Source of the DNA: an uncultured Planctomycetota bacterium
Lineage (GTDB): Bacteria > Planctomycetota > GCA-002687715 > CAIWVZ01
DNA: 60,555 bases
Assembly (NCBI GenBank): GCA_903916245.1
Contig: CAIWVZ010000322.1
Coordinates: 1-60,555 of the forward strand
Direction: 5' to 3'
The translations under genes and the position numbers were made by a program. Positions within the stretch are counted from its first letter, which is position 1; each line of letters starts with the position of its first letter. Below the pieces are notes generated by a model. It did no database searches and was not told the origin of the DNA. It worked only from the letters and a program-made list of their open reading frames with translations. This document shows, piece after piece, positions 46,134 through 58,979 of this stretch.

Positions 46134-48194
46134 TTGAACGACCCCCAACCACGCACCACCGACGCGCGCGCAAAGGAAGCCGCCACCTTCGAGTTGAAGC
46201 ATCGCCGCTTCGTTCGAAGCAAGGTCATCCGTTGGATCGTGATCGTTCTGACCGCGGTCGTCTTGGCGGGCGGGGCGATCTATCTCCTCAACCACGTCTA
46301 CAACCCGTTCGAGGAGAGCCTATCGGGGCGCTCGCTCCTCGTTCTGACTCCGACGGACGCGGACGCGGTGCTTTTCATCCCCGACGTTCCGGAATGGGTC
46401 GGTCGGATCCGCGACCGCGGATTCGTCACCGCGTTGGACAAGAGCCGCGGCTTTTCCCAGTTCCTCGAGACGGATTTCGCCCGTCGGACGGGCGTCGTTC
46501 AGGCGTTGTCGAAGACGTTTCATCAACTCGACGTCGAGCGCGCCAAGAAGACCCTCGACCTCGACCTTTTCGGTGATATTTCCGGGAAGGAAGCCGTGGT
46601 TTCGGCTTGGGCGCCGAAGGGGGCCGCCAAAACGTGGCAGTGGCTCGCCGTGTTCCGCCCGGAGAGCGTGAAGCCGATCATCGGACTGAACCTCCTGCTC
46701 GACAAAGATCTCGGCGCCCGCTTCGTCGATCCCGAACTCGCGAAATCCGGGATCAAGGTCGTTCGCACGCGCGACACGGCGACGCTGACGATCCCCGAAG
46801 CTCCGACGCTGACGGTCGCGCGGGTGCGTGACGCGGTGATCGTCGGGACGGACGAAGAACGCATCGTTCGTTTGCGGACCTCCGTCGGGCGCGACGGGAT
46901 TCCGTTGATTCCCGAGATGCGTTTCGGGCCGTTGGGAGCCGCCGCCGGTTCTCGGGAAGTGCGCGCTCTCGTTCGTCGTGATGTCGCCGACGCCCAAACG
47001 GGGCTGTCCACCACGCTCCACAATCTGTGGGGCCCGTCGAATCTCTCGTTGGCACGGGCGTCGGTACCGCGTCCGGCGGGGGAGGACCTCGTCTTCCGCA
47101 TCGACGTGGGCGATGCGTTCGCCGCCTCGATTTCCGGCACCGAAGCCGTTCCGGGCGATTCGGATCTCGCGATCGCTTTCCGACCGTTCGCCAAGCCGCT
47201 TCTCGGTTCGATGTTCGATCGGACGGCTCCTCTCCTGCCGCCGACCACCTTCGCTTTCGGGGCGTTCGACGTCGATCTCGAGCGGTTCGTCGTCAATCTC
47301 TTCTCCCGCCCGGAGCTCTTCACCGAGGGCGACCGCCGTACGTTGGCGGATGCTCTGAAGCAGGTTCCCGAGTTCGGCGACGTAACCGGTCTCGCCCGCA
47401 AGCTGTCGACCCTCTGCGAGGGCTCGATGACGCTCGGGTTTTTCGCTCAGGACCGCCCCGTCTACGACGATGCCGCGGTCGCCGGGTTCGCCGTCGTGCT
47501 TCCGTTGAGCGACGAGCCCGGAATGGCGCGGCTTCTCGATGCCTTGGAGCGTCAGGTGCGCGACAGCCGGGGTCGCAACGGCATCAAGGATCTGGTTCGA
47601 CAGCGCGTCGACGGCGTCGAAGTCGGGGAAGTCGTATTGCCGGACGCGTTGGTCAGCGACCCGCGGACGTTGCGTCTCGGGTTCGCGATCGCGCGCGGCC
47701 ACCTCGTCGTGACCAACTGGTACCCGTCGTTCACCAAACTCGCCGATCGACTGAACAAGGTCGAGAAGTCGGCCGCCGACTCCGAATCCCTCCGCGCAGG
47801 CCTCGAAGGGGCCCCCGAAGATCTTCGGGGGGGCGTCGTGTTCGACGGCAAGGCGACCGAGGCGTACTTCGACCAAAACGTGGCGGGTTGGGCGTATCAG
47901 CAGACCTCGTCGTCGGGGGCGAAGCAGGCCCAGTGGCGTGGTCAGTGCATGGCGGATGCGGCCACGCGCGGATTGGTGCCGGGGTCTCCGGAGTACGGCC
48001 GCTTCGTGGAGGACTGCTACGACGCCCGCGCCGAAGGCGAGGTGCGCGTCCGTCGTCCGCAGGTTCGAGCCCGTCTCGATACGTGGATGGGCTACTTCCG
48101 CGGTCTGACGAACCACTTCGGGCTTTGGTTGGGTGGCGGCGGGGGCCTGGCTTCCTTCGACCTGCGGATCGTCCTTCGCGATACGGGCCCCTGA
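46134..48194 (+). CDS. Hypothetical membrane-anchored periplasmic protein
   Basis: 686 aa with a TTG start as listed; an in-frame TTG slightly downstream is also possible. It has a single N-terminal TM segment (IRWIVIVLTAVVLAGGAIYLL) followed by a large soluble domain. It may be DUF3352-like, but this is unverified. Confidence 0.55.
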   Translation: MNDPQPRTTDARAKEAATFELKHRRFVRSKVIRWIVIVLTAVVLAGGAIYLLNHVYNPFEESLSGRSLLVLTPTDADAVLFIPDVPEWVGRIRDRGFVTALDKSRGFSQFLETDFARRTGVVQALSKTFHQLDVERAKKTLDLDLFGDISGKEAVVSAWAPKGAAKTWQWLAVFRPESVKPIIGLNLLLDKDLGARFVDPELAKSGIKVVRTRDTATLTIPEAPTLTVARVRDAVIVGTDEERIVRLRTSVGRDGIPLIPEMRFGPLGAAAGSREVRALVRRDVADAQTGLSTTLHNLWGPSNLSLARASVPRPAGEDLVFRIDVGDAFAASISGTEAVPGDSDLAIAFRPFAKPLLGSMFDRTAPLLPPTTFAFGAFDVDLERFVVNLFSRPELFTEGDRRTLADALKQVPEFGDVTGLARKLSTLCEGSMTLGFFAQDRPVYDDAAVAGFAVVLPLSDEPGMARLLDALERQVRDSRGRNGIKDLVRQRVDGVEVGEVVLPDALVSDPRTLRLGFAIARGHLVVTNWYPSFTKLADRLNKVEKSAADSESLRAGLEGAPEDLRGGVVFDGKATEAYFDQNVAGWAYQQTSSSGAKQAQWRGQCMADAATRGLVPGSPEYGRFVEDCYDARAEGEVRVRRPQVRARLDTWMGYFRGLTNHFGLWLGGGGGLASFDLRIVLRDTGP

Positions 48195-48263
48195 CCGCCG
48201 GCGGTCGTTCGGCGATCGGGCCAATCGGATCGCGGTCGCCCTCGAACGGATCCGCGCCGTTCT

Positions 48264-48305
48264 GGAAAAAGAGAAAGCGCCCGGAACCTTGCGATTCCGA
48301 GCGCT
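48264..48305 (-). terminator. Intrinsic terminator downstream of tRNA-Leu
   Basis: On the minus strand the 11-bp stem AGCGCTCGGAA / TTCCGGGCGCT (one G-U pair, 8-nt loop) is followed by TTCTCTTTTTCC. Confidence 0.65.
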
Positions 48306-48308
48306 TCA

Positions 48309-48394
48309 TGCCCAGGACAGGACTTGAACCTGCACACCCTAAAGCGGGTTCCAGCACCTCAAGCTGGCGCGTCTGCCAATTCCGCCACCTGGGC
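48309..48394 (-). tRNA. tRNA-Leu (anticodon GAG), class II with long variable arm; CCA not encoded
   Basis: Folded by hand. The acceptor stem is GCCCAGG/CCTGGGC. The 3-bp D stem is GCG/CGC with a GG in the loop. The anticodon stem is CCAGC/GCTGG with loop TTGAGGT, giving anticodon GAG. The variable arm has a CCC/GGG stem. The T arm is GCAGG-TTCAAGT-CCTGT. The discriminator is A. Length is 86 nt. Confidence 0.88.
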
Positions 48395-48470
48395 GACGCG
48401 ACCCCTTGCGGGGGACGAACAATTTAGGGCCGACCTAGGATCGGCACAAGGGGGGTCGGGCCTCCGCCGG

Positions 48471-48710
48471 TCAGAGTTTCGTGTGCGACCCGTCACAGAA
48501 TGGGCCGTTGCCGGATTTCTTGCACCCGCACCACGCCACCTTCGTGGGTTCGGCGAGTTCGACGATCTTCGGGGCGAAACCCGAGCCTCGGTGGGCCCCG
48601 TTGCAGAAGGGCTGCTTGTCGGAGAGACCGCAGGTGCAGAAGGCGTAACGACCTGCGGCGGCGTCTTGGACGTACGGGGCCTTTTGGGCGCACTTCGGGA
48701 GATCGGACAT
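48471..48710 (-). CDS. CDGSH-type iron-sulfur domain protein (two CDGSH motifs)
   Basis: ORF 48471..48755. ATG 48710 has GGAG 7 nt upstream. The motifs are [16 protein letters not shown] and [16 protein letters not shown]. Confidence 0.85.
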   Translation of the reverse strand: MSDLPKCAQKAPYVQDAAAGRYAFCTCGLSDKQPFCNGAHRGSGFAPKIVELAEPTKVAWCGCKKSGNGPFCDGSHTKL

Positions 48711-48803
48711 GGGAGGGCTCCTTCGGCGTCTCCGGATGGGAGGACGCGGGGACACTTCTTAGACTCTCGGGCCCCGATACGAAAGGGGCGGAGCCTGATT
48801 CCC

Positions 48804-50195
48804 ATGACGACGCGTACCGAGACCGACACGATGGGGGCCCTGCAAGTCCCCTCGGACCGCTACTGGGGCTGCCAAACGCAGCGTTCTCTCATGAACTTCA
48901 AGATCGGCGGCGAACGCATGCCGATCGAAGTGATTCGTGCCCTCGCGACGGTCAAGCTCGCCGCGGCGGACGTCAATCGCGACCTCGGTCTTCTCGCCGC
49001 CGACAAGCACGCGCTCATCGTCGCGGCCGCGCGGGAGGTGATCGACGGCAAACTTGACGACCACTTCCCGTTGGTGATTTGGCAAACGGGTTCGGGAACG
49101 CAGACCAACATGAACGTCAACGAGGTCATCTCGAACCGAGCGATCGAGATGGCGGGTGGCGTCATGGGGTCGAAGAAGCCGATCCACCCGAACGACGACG
49201 TCAACAAGTCCCAATCGTCCAACGACACGTTCCCCACGGCGATGAGTCTCGCGGCCGTGGCGTGTCTGAAGCGGACGGTGCTCCCCGCGGTGCGTCGCTT
49301 GCGGGACACGCTCGCCGCCAAGTCCGACGCGTTCGCGAGCATCGTGAAACTCGGTCGTACCCACCTTCAAGATGCGACGCCGCTGACGCTCGGTCAGGAG
49401 TTCTCGGGCTACGTGGCGCAGCTCGACCACATGGCGAAGGCGATCGAAGCGACGTTGCCGCACCTGCACGAGTTGGCGCTCGGTGGAACCGCCGTCGGAA
49501 CCGGGTTGAACAGCCACCCGGAATACGCCGACCGGGTCGCGGCGGCGCTCGCACGCCTTACCGGCGATCCGTTCGTCACCGCACCGAACAAGTTTGAATC
49601 GTTGGCCGCGAACGACGCCGTGGTCGTCGCGCACGGTGCGTTGAAGGGCCTCGCCTGCGCGTTGATGAAAATTGCGAACGACGTGCGTTGGTTGTCGTCG
49701 GGGCCGCGTTCGGGCATCGGCGAGATTCTGATTCCCGAGAACGAGCCGGGTTCGTCGATCATGCCCGGCAAGGTGAACCCGACGCAGTCCGAAGCGATGA
49801 CGATGGTGTGTTGTCAGGTGTTCGGCAACGACGTCGCGATCAATATGGGCGGAGCGTCGGGCAACTTCGAACTCAACGTCTTCAAGCCGATGATGATTTC
49901 GAACCTTCTGCGCTCGGGACGCCTCGTCGCGGACGTGTGTGATTCGTTCCGCGAGAACTGCGCCGCGGGTATCGAAGCGAACGTGCCGCGCATCGGTCGC
50001 AACCTGCACGACTCGCTCATGTTGGTGACCGCGCTCAACCCGCACATCGGCTACGACAACGCGGCGAAGGTCGCGAAGACCGCTTACAAGACCGGCAAGA
50101 CGTTGAAGGAAACCGCCGTGGAACTCGGACTGCTCACGCCCGATCAATTCGACGCGTGGGTGAAGCCGGAAGACATGGTTCAGCCGTCGGTCTGA
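48804..50195 (+). CDS. fumC: Class II fumarate hydratase
   Basis: This is the tail of ORF 48324..50195 from ATG 48804. It reads [24 protein letters not shown], has the signature [16 protein letters not shown], and has [10 protein letters not shown]. Confidence 0.95.
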   Translation: MTTRTETDTMGALQVPSDRYWGCQTQRSLMNFKIGGERMPIEVIRALATVKLAAADVNRDLGLLAADKHALIVAAAREVIDGKLDDHFPLVIWQTGSGTQTNMNVNEVISNRAIEMAGGVMGSKKPIHPNDDVNKSQSSNDTFPTAMSLAAVACLKRTVLPAVRRLRDTLAAKSDAFASIVKLGRTHLQDATPLTLGQEFSGYVAQLDHMAKAIEATLPHLHELALGGTAVGTGLNSHPEYADRVAAALARLTGDPFVTAPNKFESLAANDAVVVAHGALKGLACALMKIANDVRWLSSGPRSGIGEILIPENEPGSSIMPGKVNPTQSEAMTMVCCQVFGNDVAINMGGASGNFELNVFKPMMISNLLRSGRLVADVCDSFRENCAAGIEANVPRIGRNLHDSLMLVTALNPHIGYDNAAKVAKTAYKTGKTLKETAVELGLLTPDQFDAWVKPEDMVQPSV

Positions 50196-50248
50196 AAAAG
50201 TGAACGCGTCGACCGAGGTCGACGCGCCGAACCACGGTAAGAAAAGAT

Positions 50249-50285
50249 ACACCGCCCGGGGGCACGAGGCCGACCCGGGCGGTGT
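50249..50285. terminator. Convergent-gene terminator hairpin between fumC and katG (a second 9-bp palindrome lies at 50206-50225)
   Basis: A perfect 12-bp stem ACACCGCCCGGG / CCCGGGCGGTGT has a 13-nt loop. On the minus strand (katG direction) it is followed by ATCTTTTCTTACC. GCGTCGACC-GA-GGTCGACGC lies just upstream, after the fumC stop. Confidence 0.6.
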
Positions 50286-50303
50286 GCGTTTCGGAAGGTC
50301 GAA

Positions 50304-53163
<2,860 letters not shown>

Positions 53164-53188
53164 GGGATGCTAGCCACCTTCGGAAGGA

Positions 53189-53210
53189 TTCCAAGTCTGG
53201 AATAGTTCCA
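53189..53210. promoter_or_regulatory. Candidate operator: three alternating TTCCA/TGGAA half-sites in the divergent region between the Fur-family gene (52672-53163) and rmuC
   Basis: TTCCAagtcTGGAAtagTTCCA forms two overlapping palindromes in the most AT-rich part of the 111-bp intergenic region. On the minus strand TTGGAA-N16-TAGCAT precedes the Fur-family ATG by 3 nt, which could be a promoter for a leaderless transcript. There is no experimental support. Confidence 0.3.
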
Positions 53211-53274
53211 AATTGACACGCTCGTGGCGGGCGCTCCGGGGCGGACCGTCCCCCTGCGTGTGTACCCTGCATCC

Positions 53275-54780
53275 ATGGATATCGCGTCATTGAGCATAGG
53301 GGTGCTGGTGGGGGTGACGTTGGGGGCGATCGTGGCGGCCGCCTTGGTCAGGGCTCGTGCCGCCGCCGGAAACGCCGTCATGAAGGCGCAGTTCGACGCC
53401 CTCGGGGTGGAACACGGCGCGGCGATCGCCGAACGCGACCGCCTGCGGCAGGACGGCGAGCGCCACATGACCGCGGCCGCCTCCGCCCAATCGAGGGCCG
53501 AAACCGCGCATGCGCGCATCGAACAACTCGAACGGGCGTTGTCCGCCGAACAGATCCGCGCCCGGGAAGCCGACGAAGAGCGTGGTCGGGTCGCCGCGAA
53601 CCTCCGCGCGCTCGACGCCACGTTGGTCGAACGCAACAAGTCCCTCGAAGAAGCGCGGGCGACCATTCTCGAGTCGCGCAAGCAACTCTCCGACGCCTTC
53701 AAGGCAACCGGTTCGGAGGTTTTGAAAGAGGCAACGGACGTTCTCCTCAAGCATGCGAAAGCCCAGTTCGAAGACCACAGCAAACTTTCGCAGCAGGATC
53801 TCGAGAACCGCCAGAAGGCGATCGATCTGGCGTTGACGCCGTTGCGCGACCAACTGCAGAAGCAAGAGAAGCTCGTTCAGGATCTCCGCGAGAAGGGCGA
53901 GGGCGACGCGAAAGCGTTGGCGGAGCATTTGAAGAACATCGCGCAGTTGCAACAGGAGGCTTCGAAGGCGGCGACCACGCTTTCGACGGCGATGCGCGAC
54001 AATCGCCAGCGCGGTCGCTGGGGCGAACTCGCGCTGCGCAACATCGTGGAGAAGGCGGGTCTCACCCTTCACGTCGACTTCGAGGAGCAGTCCGAAGCGA
54101 CCGACGACGAAGGCAAGCGCCAACGCCCCGACCTGATCGTCCGTCTTCCCGGAAAGCAGATCGTTCCCGTCGATTCGAAGGCGCCGCTCAATGCGTACCT
54201 CGACTCCGTGGACATGGAGCTTTCGGACGCCGAACGGCAGCGTCGTCGTTCGGATCACGCGGAGGCGGTGCGCAAACATGTGACGACGCTGTCGACGAAG
54301 GGCTACCACGACCAACTCGACGGCGACATCGAACTTACGGTCATGTTCATGCCGCTCGAAAGCGCTCTCGTCGCCGCTCTCGAAGCCGACGGCGAGCTGT
54401 TTCAGGACGCACTGAACAAGAAGATCATCATCGCCACGCCGTCGACGCTCTTCGTGCTGCTGCGTACCTTCGGTATGCAGTGGCAACATGCGTCCATCAA
54501 CGAGAATGCGCGTCGCATCGGTGAGGAGGCGAAGGAGCTCGTCAAGCGATTCGGCTCGTTCTCCGACCATCTCGAGAAGGTCGGGAAAGAACTTCAAAGT
54601 GCGACCGGGGCCTACAACGATGCGGTCGGTTCGTGGAACCGCCGTCTCCTGCCCGGCGCACGCGCCACCGCGAAGTTGGTCGACGCGCAGTCGCCCGAGA
54701 TCGAAGACATCACATCGGTCCGCGACGTACCGCGCCGCGATATCTCCGGCCGTTCCGTCCCCGGCTCCGCACTCGAGTAG
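53275..54780 (+). CDS. rmuC: DNA recombination protein RmuC
   Basis: ORF 53224..54780. ATG 53275 gives an N-terminal TM segment (IASLSIGVLVGVTLGAIVAAAL). A long coiled coil follows. The C-terminal nuclease-like core reads RPDLIVRLPGKQIVPVDSKAPL...VMFMPLESAL...IIATPSTLFVLL. Confidence 0.9.
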   Translation: MDIASLSIGVLVGVTLGAIVAAALVRARAAAGNAVMKAQFDALGVEHGAAIAERDRLRQDGERHMTAAASAQSRAETAHARIEQLERALSAEQIRAREADEERGRVAANLRALDATLVERNKSLEEARATILESRKQLSDAFKATGSEVLKEATDVLLKHAKAQFEDHSKLSQQDLENRQKAIDLALTPLRDQLQKQEKLVQDLREKGEGDAKALAEHLKNIAQLQQEASKAATTLSTAMRDNRQRGRWGELALRNIVEKAGLTLHVDFEEQSEATDDEGKRQRPDLIVRLPGKQIVPVDSKAPLNAYLDSVDMELSDAERQRRRSDHAEAVRKHVTTLSTKGYHDQLDGDIELTVMFMPLESALVAALEADGELFQDALNKKIIIATPSTLFVLLRTFGMQWQHASINENARRIGEEAKELVKRFGSFSDHLEKVGKELQSATGAYNDAVGSWNRRLLPGARATAKLVDAQSPEIEDITSVRDVPRRDISGRSVPGSALE

Positions 54781-54928
54781 GGGACGCCGGAGGAGCACGG
54801 TGCGTCTTGCTCATGAATGCATGCGATCGGAGAAGGGCGTCGGCGTCGGGTGCCGATAGGTATCGTACCGTTTCGTTTGTTTCGAATATCGGATAAGTTC
54901 GTCCCGCGCCGAGCAGGAGTCCTCGCCC

Positions 54929-55396
54929 ATGGCACCCACAAGACCGAATCGCAAGCGTCCCGCCGCGGAGGAGACCCGTCCCAGTGCCGCGGATGCCCGG
55001 ATCGCACGAGAGTCCGTGGAGCGGTTGGCGAAGTATCGTTCGCGGAAATTGCGACTGAAGCTCTGCGAGTCCGGCGACGTCGAAATTCAACTACCCGCGA
55101 TCGCCGTCAAACTGCTCGTCGAACTCCTATCGCAGGTGGGCCAGGGCCATTCGGTCACGCTGGTGGCGACGCATGGGGAGATGACCACGCAGGAGGCCGC
55201 CGATCTCTTGGGTGTTTCGAGACCCTTCTTGGTTGGGTTGCTCGATACCGGAGCGATGCCGTCGCGTCGCGTCGGTTCACATCGCAGGGTGAAGACAACC
55301 GACGTGATGGCCTATCGGGAGTCCGGCCGACGAAGACGTCGGGTCGCACTCGATGAACTCGCGCGCGAGGCCCAAGAGCTTCGATTGGGGTACTGA
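54929..55396 (+). CDS. Excisionase-family helix-turn-helix antitoxin (partner of PIN toxin)
   Basis: 155 aa with GGAG 10 nt upstream. The HTH reads MTTQEAADLLGVSRPFLVGLLDTGAMPSRRVGSHRRV. Its 3' end overlaps the PIN ORF by 44 nt. The third-codon-position GC is lower than in the flanking genes. Confidence 0.7.
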   Translation: MAPTRPNRKRPAAEETRPSAADARIARESVERLAKYRSRKLRLKLCESGDVEIQLPAIAVKLLVELLSQVGQGHSVTLVATHGEMTTQEAADLLGVSRPFLVGLLDTGAMPSRRVGSHRRVKTTDVMAYRESGRRRRRVALDELAREAQELRLGY

Positions 55397-56000
55397 CCCT
55401 CCGTCTCGGAAACGGTCGGTCGATGATCACGACACGCGGATCATCGCCGTACTGGATGCGTGTGTACTTTATTCCGCTCCGGTTCGCGATGTGTTGCTTC
55501 GGTGTGCATGCGAAGGACTCTTTTTCGCGCGTTGGACGGATCGGATCCACGAGGAGTGGATCGGCGCGCTCCTCGCACAAAGACCCGATCTGAACCGAGA
55601 GCAGCTCGAGCGGACGCGGTTGATGATGAACGCGCACGCGACCGAATGTCTCGTCGAAGGTTATTCCCACCGGGAAAGGGATATCCAACTTCCGGACCCG
55701 GCGGATCGACACGTCGTCGCAGCTGCGATTCATGCGTCCGCCCACTTGATCATCACGTACAACCTCGCCGATTTTCCAGCGCGAACATTGATGGCTCACG
55801 GGCTTCTTGCAATCCATCCGGATGCTTTCCTCTCCGCACTCTTCGATACCGACCGGAATGCGACGCTGTCCGCAGTGCGCATGCAGCGCGCGAGCCTCAA
55901 ACACCCTCCGATGGCCGCGGAATGCCTACTTGAAGCATTTCTTCGGTCGGGCTTGAGGAACTTCGCGCAGCGGATTTCCGAGAATCGTCGGTCGATCTGA
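55353..56000 (+). CDS. PIN-domain ribonuclease toxin (VapC-like)
   Basis: 215 aa. The acidic PIN residues lie in IIAVLDACVLYSAP, EEWIGAL, PDPADRHVVAAAI and LIITYNLADF. ATG 55353 is the only ATG/GTG/TTG in frame before the first Asp. Confidence 0.75.
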   Translation: MNSRARPKSFDWGTDPPSRKRSVDDHDTRIIAVLDACVLYSAPVRDVLLRCACEGLFFARWTDRIHEEWIGALLAQRPDLNREQLERTRLMMNAHATECLVEGYSHRERDIQLPDPADRHVVAAAIHASAHLIITYNLADFPARTLMAHGLLAIHPDAFLSALFDTDRNATLSAVRMQRASLKHPPMAAECLLEAFLRSGLRNFAQRISENRRSI

Positions 56001-56058
56001 CTCTGGCGGCCTGCGTGGCCGTTCGCTCGGGAGTGGTGCGTTGGGGCCGTTGGGGGAA

Positions 56059-57273
56059 CTAGGCGCGGACGAAGACGGACTTGAGGTAGGAGAGCGGAGC
56101 GAACGTCGTCGGGTGGTCCGGGGGGTGGCCTCCGACATGAAGATCACGGAGCGGTCGACGGGCCTGGAGGGCCGCCCCTTTGACCGCATCGACGAAGGCA
56201 TCGGTCGTCACCGGACGCGAGCACGAGCACGTGACGAGGAGCCCTCCCGGTCGCAGCACGGCGAGTCCGAGCAGCGTGAGTCGACGGTAGGCGTCGACGG
56301 CCCGATCGACTTCGTCGGCTCGCTTCGCGAACGCCGGTGGATCGAGGATCACGATGTCGAAGCGGTCGTCCATCCGTCGCATAGCCTCGAGAGCGTCGAA
56401 GGCATCGGCGACGACCGTCTTGTGTCGACAGGCGGCGATGTTCGGGTCGTCCGTGTTCAGAGCCCAGTTCGCGGACGCCTCGTCGATCGCGGGCCTCGCG
56501 ATGTCGAGACTGGTGACGGAAGCGGCACCACCGGATGCGGCATGCAGGCTGAAGCCCCCGGAATAGGCGAAGGTATTCAGCACGTGCGCGCCGCGAGAGG
56601 CGGTGCCGACGCGTCGGCGGTGCTCCCTTTGATCGAGGAAGAAACCCGTCTTCTGCCCGGAGATCACATCCGCGCGGAACTTGATTCCGTACTCGTCGAA
56701 GACGATGGGCTCTTCCGGCGCCGATCCGAAGAGCATCGATCCGTCGGCGAGGTTCCCGAGTGCGGGGTCGTCCTGCATGTTGCGCGACGTGCGAAGGACC
56801 ACGCGCTCGACGGCGAAGCGTCGCGTGCACACGTCGACGAGCGTCGGGAGATGAGGCGCCCATGCAGAGGTGTAAAGCTTGATCACCGCAGTCTTGGCGT
56901 ACAGATCGACGACGAGACCCGGGAGACCATCGGATTCGCCGTAGACCGCTCGCCACCCCGAGTGGTGTGCGGGAAGATCGCCGCGCCGTGCCACGGAGTC
57001 GGCGATGCGGGCGTCGATCCAAGCGGCGTCGAAGCGGAACTTCCCCGTTCCGAGCATGCGAAGACGGATTTGCGAACGGCTATCCCAAAGACCGAGTCCG
57101 ATCACCCGATCGAAGCGATCGAAGACGATGGCGGTGGTTCCGGTGGGGGCGTTGAACGACGCGGACTTGATTCCGTCGGCGAACACCCAAGGGTGGCCTT
57201 GCTTCACCGCGTGTTCGGCGGCGCCGGTCAGCGTGACGGCGAGGCGGCGGGTGTTCGGCGTCGATGGCGTCAC
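56059..57273 (-). CDS. rlmI: Class I SAM-dependent 23S rRNA (cytosine-C5) methyltransferase, RlmI-like
   Basis: 404 aa. The PUA-like N-terminus reads AVKQGHPWVFADGI. It also has GQKTGFFLDQR, the SAM-binding VLNTFAYSGGFS, and IVILDPPAFAK. Confidence 0.8.
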   Translation of the reverse strand: MTPSTPNTRRLAVTLTGAAEHAVKQGHPWVFADGIKSASFNAPTGTTAIVFDRFDRVIGLGLWDSRSQIRLRMLGTGKFRFDAAWIDARIADSVARRGDLPAHHSGWRAVYGESDGLPGLVVDLYAKTAVIKLYTSAWAPHLPTLVDVCTRRFAVERVVLRTSRNMQDDPALGNLADGSMLFGSAPEEPIVFDEYGIKFRADVISGQKTGFFLDQREHRRRVGTASRGAHVLNTFAYSGGFSLHAASGGAASVTSLDIARPAIDEASANWALNTDDPNIAACRHKTVVADAFDALEAMRRMDDRFDIVILDPPAFAKRADEVDRAVDAYRRLTLLGLAVLRPGGLLVTCSCSRPVTTDAFVDAVKGAALQARRPLRDLHVGGHPPDHPTTFAPLSYLKSVFVRA

Positions 57274-57282
57274 GCGCAGACG

Positions 57283-57972
57283 CTAACCGAGAGGCGCCCA
57301 CGCGACGACGCGGTCGCGTTCGCGGCGCAGATGGGCGAGGTAGTCGGCTCCGCTCATCAACACGGCGCCGAACTTCCGGATGTGCTCCGTATCCTGCTGA
57401 CAGTCGATCAACGTGATGCCGGAAGCGCGTGCGCAGGCGACCATGCGAACGAACGCGACTTTCGAAGCGTCTCGCTCGGCGAAGAACATCGATTCGCCGC
57501 AGAACACCGACCCGATCTTGAGGCCGTAGAGTCCACCCACCAGTCGGCCATCACGCCAGGCTTCGAAGGAGTGCGCCACGCCGCGGTGGTATAGCGTCGT
57601 CATCGAAGCCCGCAGTGCGGGATAAAGCCACGTGTCGCGAAGCGTGCGACGCGACGGCGAGGGCGCCCCCCGCGTGACGCATCCCATGAGGACGTCTTCG
57701 AACGCGGTGTCGCGCCGGACTTCGAACCGGTTGAGCGCCGATTTGAGAGAGGACGGAACGTGAAGACGCGCGGGATCGAGGACGCATCGCGGATGCGTGA
57801 AGAACCAAAGGGTGCGTTCGCGCTCCTCGTTCCAAGGGAAGATGCCTTCGCGGTAGGCGGCAAGAAGATGGTCGGGAGAGATGCTGCCGTCGACGCCGAT
57901 CAAGCCGTCGGGTTCCGCCGTCAGGGGATCGGGAAAGAGGACTTCATCGGCGGGGAGCCGCCAGATCGTCAC
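57283..57972 (-). CDS. aat: Leucyl/phenylalanyl-tRNA--protein transferase
   Basis: This is the tail of ORF 57283..58248. GTG 57972 overlaps the dus stop (GTGA). Motifs: LLAAYREGIFPW, WFFTHPRCVL, GGLYGLKIGSVFCGESMF, IDCQ. Confidence 0.85.
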   Translation of the reverse strand: MTIWRLPADEVLFPDPLTAEPDGLIGVDGSISPDHLLAAYREGIFPWNEERERTLWFFTHPRCVLDPARLHVPSSLKSALNRFEVRRDTAFEDVLMGCVTRGAPSPSRRTLRDTWLYPALRASMTTLYHRGVAHSFEAWRDGRLVGGLYGLKIGSVFCGESMFFAERDASKVAFVRMVACARASGITLIDCQQDTEHIRKFGAVLMSGADYLAHLRRERDRVVAWAPLG

Positions 57973-58970
57973 GCCGAGGTCTCCGACGCGCGAAGGAGTG
58001 CTTCCACGCGGGCGTCGAGCGTCGCCAAGTCGGGCGAACGCAGGATGTCTTGGCGCGTCTCCGGAGAAATCGGCACCGCGACGTCGAAACGTCGCCACCA
58101 CTGTTTGAGTTGGCCCAAAACGCCTTCCTCGCCTCCGGCGGCCGCCATGGCGGCCTTGTAGGCGTGGTGGAACGCGCGGACTTCGGCGGCACCGACGTTC
58201 GGAGCGATCGTCCCCCGGTCGTCGGCGAGCAGCCGCGCGAAGACCCAAGGGTCGCGGAGCACTCCACGGCCGATCATCACCGAGTCGACGCCCGTTTCGC
58301 GGCGCATGCGGCGCGCATCGTCGGGGGTGAGGACGTCACCGTTGCCGGTCACCGGAAGAGACGTCCATGCGACGACCTTCGCGAGCCATTCCCAACGCGC
58401 CGGGTGCGTGTAGCCGTCGGCCTTCGTCCGGGCGTGGACCGTCAGGCGGGTCGCGCCCGCCCCTTCGACCGCCTCCACGATGTCCCGCAACCGAGACGGG
58501 TCGTCCACGCCGAGGCGGATCTTCGCCGACACGGGCACGTCGACGGCGCGCGCGACCGCTTCGACGAGTCGTCCGACCCCGCAAGGGTCGCGAAGCAGGG
58601 CCGAGCCCGCGCAGTTGCGGAAGACGGTCGGCGCGGGACACCCGAAGTTGATGTCGACCGAAGGGGCCCCGGCGCGCACCGCGTTGACCGCCGTCGCCGC
58701 GAGCAAGTCCGGCTGGTTGCCCATGAGTTGCACGGCGACCGGGCAGCGGTCGGGCTGCGGGCCGAGTTCACGCCGGATGGTCTTCTCCGGCAGCGGCGTT
58801 TGGGAGACCCGAAGGAATTCGGTCCACGCCGCGCCGACGCCGCCGATCCCGATGATGAGATCGCGGAACACCCGGTGGGTGACCCCTTCCATCGGGGCGA
58901 GCACCCACGGCGTCGTGAATCCGAGCGGCGGCACCCTCTTCGTCGGCGATGTCGAAGCGGGTGCCGTCAT
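57969..58970 (-). CDS. tRNA-dihydrouridine synthase
   Basis: 333 aa. Motifs: WVLAPMEGVT, VAVQLMG, SVDINFGCPAP, VSAKIRLG, LTVHART. Confidence 0.85.
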   Translation of the reverse strand: MTAPASTSPTKRVPPLGFTTPWVLAPMEGVTHRVFRDLIIGIGGVGAAWTEFLRVSQTPLPEKTIRRELGPQPDRCPVAVQLMGNQPDLLAATAVNAVRAGAPSVDINFGCPAPTVFRNCAGSALLRDPCGVGRLVEAVARAVDVPVSAKIRLGVDDPSRLRDIVEAVEGAGATRLTVHARTKADGYTHPARWEWLAKVVAWTSLPVTGNGDVLTPDDARRMRRETGVDSVMIGRGVLRDPWVFARLLADDRGTIAPNVGAAEVRAFHHAYKAAMAAAGGEEGVLGQLKQWWRRFDVAVPISPETRQDILRSPDLATLDARVEALLRASETSA

Positions 58971-58979
58971 TGGAGGCGA

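Noticed and set aside
48195-48470. tRNA-Leu as an integration hotspot (integrase, direct repeat of the tRNA 3' end, island).
   Set aside because: No integrase or recombinase ORF lies on either side. I saw no repeat of the tRNA 3' end nearby. The flanking genes (the hypothetical membrane protein, CDGSH, fumC) have host-like composition.
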